From positions 1 through 64,000 of the forward strand of contig QPMI01000202.1 of the NCBI GenBank assembly GCA_004431415.1: a stretch of 64,000 bases of DNA. Direction: 5' to 3'. This document shows positions 13,099 through 21,576 of this stretch, piece by piece (within the stretch, counting starts at the first letter, position 1; every line of letters starts with the position of its first letter). Made by a program: the position numbers and the translations under genes. The notes beneath the pieces were generated by a model. The model did not search any database. It was given only the letters and a program-made list of their open reading frames with translations, and was not told where the DNA came from. Origin of the DNA: Cyanophora paradoxa CCMP329 (lineage: Eukaryota; Plantae; Glaucophyta).

Positions 13099-13159
13099 CT
13101 TCATGACAAGACATGTTGTGCTTAGCTTGCTGTAAGCAAGGCTGCCGTGGCAGCCATAC
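13099..13159 (+). repeat. Split direct repeat B1 (internal, 61 bp)
   Basis: CTTCATGACAAGAC...GGCAGCCATAC, identical to 17081-17141, directly abuts A2. Confidence 0.95.
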
Positions 13160-13320
13160 TCGAACCTATGTGAGCGTCAGCGTAGCATAGGGCAGTGTAT
13201 GGCTGCCAAATAAAGGCAGCCTTGCTTACGCACATATGTACAAGGGGCGCACTTACAAGTTATAAGTGCGCCCCTGGGGTACAAGCCTCAGTCTTGCTTC
13301 GCAGCCAAGGCCTCTAAGCT
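13160..13320 (+). repeat. Split direct repeat A2 (internal, 161 bp)
   Basis: Identical to 11114-11274. Forms the B|A junction GCCATAC|TCGAACC. Confidence 0.95.
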
Positions 13321-13388
13321 TCTTCCCGTTCGCGTGTCACCATCTTCAAGCCAGCGGCTGCATGGACCATCAGCTGTAGCAGTGCTAG

Positions 13389-15516
13389 ATGGGCACCGCG
13401 ATAATTGGGCATGTCTGCCAATGCAAGGCCTCACCTCACTTTGCAGGAGGCTTTGTTGCATCCTGCATTCAAGCTGCAGTCCAACAGTGGAGAGCGATTG
13501 GAGCCAATGATGTCGTGCTCAACTGGATCTTGCGTGGTTTCCCTTTGTCAGGAGCGAGGCGGCTGCCAGCAGAGCGCCGGGCCAACCACAAGTCTGCGGC
13601 TGTGGACCATCAGGACTTTGTGAGAACCGAAATTCAGAAGCTTTTGCGCACGGGAGCGATCAGAGAAGTTGAAGAAGCTCAAGTGAACATTGTCTGCTCA
13701 CTGTCCGTGGTGCCCAAGAAGACTGGATCCAAGTTGCGGCTCATCTGGGATGGCCGGCCTACCAATAAAGGCCTTCCGGACATCCCCTTCAAGTATGAGA
13801 CTCTTGAGCATGTTGCAGCCATGCTGCGCCAAGGCTGGTACATGTTCACTATTGACCTTGAATCTGGATACCACCACGTGCCAGTCTCACCGCAAGACTG
13901 GCGGAACATGGGCTTTGAGTTTGACAGCAAATTCTATGTGTACACAGTTTTGCCCTTCGGCCTCAAGCACTCACCGTTTGCATTCGTCAAGATCATGCGA
14001 CAAGTGGTCAACTACTTCCGCCGCTTTGGCATCTTCGTGGTGAACTATGTTGACGACTGGTGGTTTGCTGCTCCAACCTACGAGAAGGCCTGTGAATTGC
14101 GGGATTTCGTCCTCAAAACATTTGCTGCCCTCAAGCTTGTGGTCAACAGCAAATCTGAGCTCACCCCAGCACAGTCGGTGGCTTTCTTGGGCTTCATAGT
14201 GGACTCCGCCCGCATGTTGTTTGAAGTACCCCAAGACAAGCTTGGTCGTCTGCTTGCTTTGATCAGAGGGCTTCTGAAGAAAAAGAAATCAGCATCTGCA
14301 CGTGAAATGGCCAAGGTCGCCGGCACCCTTGTGTCCATGGCACGGGGCTTGGCTCCAGCTCGCATCAAAGAAGAAGAAGAGTATGTATAAGACACGCCCA
14401 AGCCGGTTGTGCGGTTTTGACGAAAGGCGAAGGACCCGAAGGCCCGAAGCACAATCGACAGTGAACCAACCAGACAAGGGTAGTGGCGGCGCAGACGGGC
14501 GCCTATACAGTTCACCATGTATGCCCCATCAAGACCAGGTCCCTCTTTCGATACATCAATGTCGTGGCAAGAGAATGGCATTGGAATCATCCAGTGGAGC
14601 TCACCAATGAGACTCGTCGGGAACTTGAGTGGTGGCTGGCCAACATCCACCGATACAATGGCCGCTGCCCTATTCGGCCTGAAAGGCTCTTTGTGTTGAC
14701 TACGGATGCAAGCCATGTTGGTGCAGGAGCCTGGATCACTACCCGAATTGGTGATGCTCAACCTGTGGCTTGGGAGCTTGAGCCTGCCCCATTCCAGTGC
14801 CTGTGGAACCAAGAAGAAGCTCAGCAAATTTCGTCGTGGCGCGAGTTAATGGCAGTGCTTCGCGCTATGCAGCACTATCAAGGTTTATTGCGCAATCAGA
14901 ACATCTTAGTTCGCTCGGACAACACAGTGACTGTGGCCTACATCAACAATGGTGGCGGAAGACATGAATACCTTTGCCGAGTTGCAGCAGCAATTTGGGA
15001 TATTGCTCTGCTCAATTGCATCAGCATTGAAGCAGAACACATTCCTGGTGTTGACAATGAGTGGTCCGATGCTTTGAGTCGCTACTTTTACCCGCCGACT
15101 ACTCTTTGAAACCTGGGTATTTTGCCATGGTCAGTCGGACATTTGGACCTTTTGATATTGATCGTATGGCCTCATCAGCCAACACTCACCTAAATCGATA
15201 CTTTTCCATTGATTTGAATGATCGACATGCTGAAGGATATGATTGCTTTACAGCAACCTGGCGTGGTGCTCGTAATTACGTCTTTCCGGACCCAAATGTT
15301 CTCTTGCACCTTGTGTCACATGTCCGCCAGTGTAGGGCCTCGGCAGTTTTTATTGTCCCTCAGTGGCCCTCAGCTCCATGGTGGCCACAGTTGCAGCTTG
15401 CCTTGCGTGCACCTGCAATGGTGCTTGGCCCAGCATATGACGTGTGCTATCGCGGGCCTTGCTCGGCACAGTTACCTTCCTGGATTCTTGTTGCTCTTTA
15501 TGTGTCGTGGGAGTAG
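13389..15516 (+). CDS. pol: pol: reverse transcriptase - RNase H - adenine-methyltransferase-like domain (interrupted by an insertion and one frameshift)
   Basis: RT motifs KLRLIWD, IDLESGYHH, LPFGL, NYVDD, FLGF. RNase H acidic residues in TTDAS, RELMA, RSDN, WSDALSR. MT-like DIDRMASSAN...NYVFPDP...VPQWPSAPWWPQL. Insertion at 14369-14526, -1 shift in a C run at ~15091. Confidence 0.9.
14369..14526 (-). mobile_element. 158-bp SINE-like insertion with (TCT)n tail and 6-bp target-site duplication CATCAA
   Basis: CATCAA at 14363-14368 and 14527-14532. Removing the insert plus one copy restores ...PARIKTRSLFRY.... The minus strand starts GGGCATAC and ends ...TACTCTTCTTCTTCT. Confidence 0.75.
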
Positions 15517-15672
15517 ATTGAAGGCTCTTGCTGCAGAATTCAACTCCTGCTCATCTCTGCTCAGCTTACTTTGTCCAGCAACAGGGATAGAAAGCTTGAG
15601 TGGGGGGCTTTAAAAAGAAGAAGAAGAAATGTAGTCTGACATACCCTTGACTCTGGTGATGCAGGTGCTCGT

Positions 15673-16672
15673 ATGGCTGATCTGCTCAACCGGGTCACTT
15701 TCTACAGAACAAACTCTGTGAGCGAGCGAACCCAAAGCCTCTACGCCCGCTGGGTCGTCCTCTATGAAGGCCATTGCGCGGTTCACTGCATTCCAGCCTG
15801 GCCACCAACAGCTTCTGGCGTCGCAACACTGCTGGTGGCTCTTGCTGATGAAGAGTACGGTCTCTCAGCAATTGACCAGTGTCACTCTGCTCTGCTACAT
15901 CAGACAAGGCAGAGGATGTTGCCTACTACTGCATTTGCTCACCCCTTGTGCTGCAAACATTGCAAGGAATCGCCCGACTTTGTGGAAAACCAGCAAAGCA
16001 ATCTGCATTGGTCACGTCCGTCCACCTGGAGGCGATTGCTCGTACCTACGCTCGTTCCCCTCAAACAAGCTCCTTCGCGCCCTTGTGATGTTGCTTACCG
16101 GTTTCTTTGGCCTGTTGCGGCGTGGCGAAATCGTGGCACTCCGGCGGCAAGATGTGTCCATCCGCGCGGATCGCGTCGTGCTCTTCATTGCCGGTTCCAA
16201 GACCGATCGTCGTCGCCAAGGCGCGCAAGTTGTCTTGGGCGCCGTCCCAGAGTCGGTCATCTGTCCGGTGTTCTGGTTTCGAACCTACTTGCGGACTCTA
16301 GCGCTCGCGGATCCGGGCGCACCTCTTTTTGGGCAGCTTCGGGACGCAGCTCGTTCTCTGTCAGCTCAGACCGTGGCCTATGTTCTCCGGTTCGCATTTG
16401 ACGCGGCGGGCTTGGACGCCACTGGTATCACACCTCATGGCTTGCGTCGCGGTGGAGCTACTGCTCTGGCTGCTGCGGGCGTGCCTGAAGAGCTTGTTCA
16501 AGCGGTTGGTCGCTGGTCTTTGTTGTCAGCGGTCTACCGACGCTATATCGATTCTGCTGAGCGCCCGCCCTTGGCTGCGCTCATGGCTAGGCCTGGTGCT
16601 CGTTACGCTGGCCCGTCAGCTTCGCTGCAGTCATGTCGGCAGCAAGTCGCGCGTACTCGGCGCAGTAGTTGA
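15673..16672 (+). CDS. Tyrosine recombinase (two -1 frameshifts in C runs)
   Basis: Catalytic set R (LLRRGE), K (SKTD), HxxR (HGLRRGGAT), W (GRW), Y (YRRYI). The N-terminal part is spread across three frames, with shifts at ~15945 and ~16060. Confidence 0.9.
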
Positions 16673-17080
16673 TTGTCTAGTCTTAGAGTCTTGCTTCGCA
16701 GTTGTGCGCCTTTGCTGTGCTGTCGGCGCTTGTCTCCCTCGCTCACAAGCGAGGGCAAGCTGTGTAACTTGCTGAGCGGCTTGTTCCCTAGCCGCTCGAG
16801 CGGCTTTGCTTAGCCGCTTTCAATGTGTGTTAGCAATGCCCATTGTTTACTATGCCTTCAGTCATCTTTAAGCCATTGTTAGTGCCAACCATTGATATCT
16901 TTTGATGAATAATTGATCAACAATTGATCACTAATGTTCAATCATTCTACGTCCGCAAGACTCACTCTGCAGCGTGCGCTAGCTGATGTCCTCGAGCGCA
17001 GTTGCAGCTTGCCCTTCTTGTGAGCGAGCGAGTCATGATCTTAGCTTCGCGGCTTTGGCAAGCGCGAATCTAGACCTTCA

Positions 17081-17141
17081 CTTCATGACAAGACATGTTG
17101 TGCTTAGCTTGCTGTAAGCAAGGCTGCCGTGGCAGCCATAC
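17081..17141 (+). repeat. Split direct repeat B2 (right terminus, 61 bp)
   Basis: Identical to 13099-13159. GC-rich host sequence resumes shortly after. Confidence 0.95.
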
Positions 17142-17177
17142 TAGCTATTATACAGTAGAGGAGTAGAGGGGCCGACG

Positions 17178-19631
17178 TCAGGCGCCGGCGTGGGCGGGGA
17201 GGGGGCCGGGGGCGGGCCCGGGGACGGCGGGGACGGTGGAGAGGAGGCAGGAGGTCGGGGGCGTCCCGGGCAGGAGGAGGGGGCCCCGCGGCCCCGCGTG
17301 CGTCGCCAAGGCCGGCGCCGGCGCCGCGGCCGCCTCCCCAAAGCCCGAGGGGAGGGGCGCGAGGAGCGGGAGGCCCTCCACCGCCCCCCAGGCCTCCTCG
17401 GGGCCCGCGCCCGGGCTCGGGCCCGGGGCGGCGGGGACGGCGCCGAGGGGGCGTGGGTGCGGGCCTCGAGGGCGGCGCGGGCGGCGCGCTCGGCGCCGAG
17501 GGCGGCCTCGAGGCGGGCGCAGCGCTCGCGCAGGAAGAAGACCTCGAGGCGCGCCGCCTCCAGCGGGTCCAGCGCCGGCATCGGCACCGGCACGATCTCC
17601 ACCCGCAGCTCCGGCTCCGACCCCCCGCCTCCGAGCCGGAGCCGCCGCCGCCGCCCCTCCCGGCCACCCCCCTCTTCTTCTTCGCCGGCGCGCCCCTCTT
17701 GGACGAGGAGGAGGGCGAGGGGCCGGCCGCTTGGCGGGGCGGGGGCAGGGCGGGGCGGGGGCGGGGCGGGGGCGGAGAGGCGGGGAGGGCGGGGGCGGCG
17801 GCGGGGCGGCGGGGGCGGGGGCGGGGCCGGCGAAGGAGAAAGGGCCGAGGCAGAGGGTGGCGGCGAGGGCGCTGGCGGTGGCGAGGAAGGCGCCGGCCTG
17901 CGCGAGGCGCCCCGCCCCCTCAGAGCCCGCCACGCGACAGCGCGCGCGGCGCGGGGCGCACCGCGTCGCAGGCGACGGCGGAGACCGACTGCGCGTGCCC
18001 CGCCGGCGGCCGCGGCGCCGGCTGCCAGCCGCGGGGCGGGCGCGGGCTCGCCTCCTCGGCCGGCGCCGCCCACGCCCGCACCTGCCCGCTCCGAAGCCCC
18101 GCGAAGACGCGGGCGCCGTCCTGCGGGGGCGGGGGCGTGAGAGGGGAGAGGGGCCGGCGAGGCCGGGGGGCCGGGGGCGGGGCGGGGCGGGGCACGGCGG
18201 AGAGGGCGAGGGACTCGACGCGGGACGTGGCGCCCCGCCCCGCCTGCAGCGCCCCCGCGAAGGAGCCGCCGGGCAGCCGCCACAGCCGCACCACGCCGTC
18301 CGCGGCCCCGGCCGCCACCAGCCCGGCCTCGTTGCCCCCGGCCAGCGCCAGGCACGTCACCCGCCCCGCCTTCGACGCCTTCACCAGGAACGCCGTGCAC
18401 ACCTCCCCCGTCTCGCACAGCCTGCGGCGAGGGCGCCTCAATGAGGGGCGGAGGGGGGCGGACGGGGGCGGGGGCGGGGGCGGGGGCGCGCCAGACGCGG
18501 ACGCGGTTGCCCTCGGCGTCGGAGGCGACCCAGCGCCCGTCCTGCCGCGCGTCGGGGAGCATGACGGGGGCCGGGGGGGTACGCAGGTGCGCACGGCGGA
18601 GAGGGCGACGCCGGCGACGGCGCTCGAGTTCCACGCGCGCATGCACCGCCACTACCCCCGCCCCGGACTCAGATTCCGGGCGGAAAGGGGGGGGGGGGGG
18701 GGGGGGGGGGAGGCTGGGGGGAAGGGTGCACCTCCTCCCCCGAGTCCGTGCGCCAGATGCGCACCCAGCCGTCGGCGCCTGGGCGGGCAACGGCGCTAAG
18801 AGAGGGCAAGGGGCCGGCGGCGGGCGGCGGCGGCGGTGCCCGCGCACCGCCCGAGGCGGCGGTGCGGCCGTCGGCGGAGACGGAGACGGAGGTGACGCGG
18901 GAGGCGTGGGCGGGGCGGCGGTGCCGCCACAGGGGCCGCCCCTCCGCGCACGCGAGCACGCCCACCGAGCCGTCCGCCCGCCCCACCGCCACCACGTGCT
19001 CCCCGCGCCCCGCGCCCCCGCCGCGCCCTGCCGCCGGCCTGACACCGCCACGCAGGTCACCGGCGAGGGCGGCAGCGAGTCCCCCCGCCGTCGTCCAGGG
19101 TCCGCGGCGCCGGCTGCGCGCGGGGCGCTCGAGCTCGCTCGGGTGCGGGCCGGGGCAGAGGGCGCACGGGGCCGCGGCCGGATGCGAAGCCGGGTCCGAG
19201 GGGCATGCAACGGACGCCGCCGTCGCTGCCCCCGATCACCAGGAGCGACCCGTCCTGCAGGGCGGGCCGGGCCGGGGCGGGGGTGAGCCGGGGGCGGCAG
19301 CGCGGCGACGCGGCGGCGGGCGTGCTGCCCAAGCAAAATGCACCGGAGACACGGCGCAACACGTTGGCGCCCCGGGGCGGCCGCTCATGTGCCGCAGTCT
19401 GATGCTGCCGTCCCGCTCCCGCCCCGACACCGGCGCTGGAGCCGGCGCGGCGCCCCCGCCCGCCCTGGCACGATGCCCTCCCTCCGGCATCGGGTCTTCG
19501 GACTCTTCCTCGATGGGCGGCTGCGAGTCTTCCTCGAGCTTGGGGGCCAGAGCCGCCGCCCCGTCAGCGCTCTGCGCCCCCCGCTCCCACAAGCGCCCCG
19601 CGACCTCGAGCAGGATCTCCTCCTCTTCCAT
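17178..19631 (-). CDS. WD40-repeat-like protein with C-terminal coiled coil, multi-exon; start uncertain
   Basis: WD-like blades LVIGGSDGGVRC, VAVGRADGSVGV, HASRVTSVSVSADGRTAASG..DGWVRIW, VAAGAADGVVRLW, VFAGLRSGQVRAW. C-terminal LEVFFLRERCARLEAALGAERAARAALEAR. Confidence 0.6.
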
Positions 19632-20190
19632 CGGCGTCCGGGGAGGAGCTGCAGCTGGCGCTGCGCACTGCGCCCCACGCTCCGCGTGCACCAGTTCGCG
19701 TATCCAGCGCCTGAAGGCCTTCGCCTGGGCGATCCTTAAGCGCTCAAGCTTAATTGCGCAGCTTAGCGCATGCCGGATCGCGATCGGGCGGGGCGGGGCG
19801 GACCTCGTGCCGAAATCGAGTCGATATCGTCCCGATCACGACTGATGATCGGTTTCCGTTCCGATCACGGCCGATGGCACATGGCACAGCTTTGCTTGCA
19901 GCTACGCCTACAAGTACGGCTCGGCGACTAGTTAAGCCACTTCGGCCACGCCTGTGCAGCTCGAGTTGCGAAACGCAAAGGACGCAACCAAGGATTAGCG
20001 CTGCTAGAGCTGGCTTGCCAGCGAGTTGCCGGCGACTTGCCGGCGTTGTGTTGCACGGTTGCCCGGCGTTGCCGCGAGCGGGGGGTACGCGCGTTCGGAG
20101 TCGTGAGCAAAAGCAAAAGCGGTCTCTCCCTGCACCGCGTCAGCTTCCCGACGGGCCCTCGTCTTCGCGTTCGGTCAGGAATCTACAAAC

Positions 20191-21082
20191 ATGGCGTGCG
20201 TGTCCCGTCCGGCGCATGCGCCTTCGAAAGACAAATTCGCCGGAGTCGCGGCGAAACCTCTTCGCCGGAGCGGCGCGACCTGTTCCGACGTCTCGCGACC
20301 TGTTCCGACGTCTCGCGTCGCGCTTCCGCAGGCTTCACGCTCCAGTCGTTTGGGCTCAGAGGAAGAAGATTGTCTTCGTCACCATCGACTTGCAGGACGC
20401 CAAGGACATCATTGTGAACATAGAGGCCGAAAAGGTCACAGCTAGCTGCACGTCCCAAGGCAAGAAGTACGAGGCCGTGCTCGATTTGAGCCACGCAATT
20501 GTCCCGGACTCGCCCGTGCGACCATTGCCCCGCCCATTTTGCGCCAACGTTGACCGACGACCCGCCACGTCGTCGTCGCGCAGGAGACTAAGTGGGGCGC
20601 GAACGCGCGCGGCATCAAGATGACGCTCGAGAAGAAGGACGAGGTGCGCGGGCTCTGAACGAAGCGCCGCCGCGCTCGCGGCATGGCGCTGCGCTGGGCG
20701 CGCCCTGTGAGCAACATGCAAAGTGCTTAATCGAACTAGACCGGTTGTTTTGCCGCTGGATCCCGCCCCGCGTCGGCGCCCCCGCGCCGTCCGACCCGGG
20801 GCCCGCCCGCAGGAGTTCTGGAACTTCCTGTTGAAGAACAAGGCGAAGCCGACGTGGCTCAAGGTCGACTGGTCCTTGTGTGCGCACCAACCCTCGGCCC
20901 GCGCGGCGCAGCGCGACTCCGCCCGCCTCCGCTCACGCCGTCTGCAGGGAAGGACGAGGACGAGGAGGACGAGGCCATGCCGAATGATTTCATGAGCGGT
21001 GCGCATCCCGATGCGAGACGACGGGCGACCTACGCCCTTGTCCCCGCCTCGCCTCCGCGCTTGCTGACGGCTCGCCCGCTCA

Positions 21083-21118
<36 letters not shown>

Positions 21119-21124
21119 ATGGGT

Positions 21125-21158
<34 letters not shown>

Positions 21159-21238
21159 ATCTGAGGCGAGCCACGCGCGCGTGCCCTGCCGCCCCCGGCC
21201 CCGTCTCACCTACCCCCGCGGACAGCGCGATGATGGCT

Positions 21239-21286
<48 letters not shown>

Positions 21287-21440
21287 GACGACGACGAGGA
21301 AGGCGGCTTCGGGGAGGGCGAGAAGGGCGACTCCGACGACGAGGGTACCCCCTCCCGCGCAGCGAGCTTCGTACCCCCTAACGCCCACATCCCCGCCAGG
21401 GCTCCCCGACCTGGACGCCCCCAAGGGCGACAAGGCATAG
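20191..21440 (+). CDS. p23-type Hsp90 co-chaperone (CS domain, SBA1/PTGES3 family)
   Basis: APVVWAQRKKIVFVTIDLQDAKD...EFWNFLLKNKAKPTWLKVDW..KDEDEED, then GGM repeats and an acidic tail ending LPDL...KA*. Confidence 0.9.
21085..21285 (+). repeat. Coding 9-bp tandem repeat (GGCGGCATG)n encoding (GGM)n, in two blocks split by an intron
   Basis: Visible at 21085-21158 and 21238-21285. Confidence 0.85.
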
Positions 21441-21576
21441 GGCGCGGCCCCGCGCAGGCGCTCTTTCCCCCACCTTTCCTCCCCGCCCGCCCACCCCTTT
21501 CGAGCGGGCCGGGTCTGCAGGACTAGAGCAGTCGTGCCCGTAAAGTAACAATCGAGGGCAGAGGGTAGAGGCGTGG

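Larger units (their letters stand above)
11114..17141 (+). mobile_element. Tyrosine-recombinase retrotransposon (DIRS order, PAT/TOC1-like split direct repeats), apparently full length
   Basis: gag-CCHC, RT (YVDD), RNase H, methylase-like and YR domains in DIRS order. Repeats A (161 bp x2) and B (61 bp x2) define the ends. No integrase. Clearly lower GC than host genes. Confidence 0.93.

Noticed and set aside
11114-13320. A1 and A2 as LTRs of a small LTR or TRIM element
   Set aside because: No TG...CA ends or integrase, and B2 plus the YR show a split-direct-repeat DIRS-order element.
14400-14460. Hammerhead ribozyme (TTGACGA...GAA) or tRNA gene in the insertion
   Set aside because: No proper CUGANGA/GAAA core with three stems and no cloverleaf. 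A/B boxes are only weakly suggestive.
15517-15632. Second SINE-like insertion marked by the (AAG)n tract at ~15612-15628
   Set aside because: No target-site duplication and no similarity to the 14.4-kb insert beyond the microsatellite.
11114-17141. Bacterial or phage contamination, retron or integron (RT + methylase + integrase-like gene)
   Set aside because: The CCHC gag, DIRS-type RT/RNase H, domain order and split repeats, embedded between intron-rich host genes, fit a eukaryotic retrotransposon.
20274-20317. 20-bp direct repeat in the p23 first intron, and GATCA/GATCG microrepeats at 58150-58310
   Set aside because: Simple local slippage duplications in introns with no sign of function.
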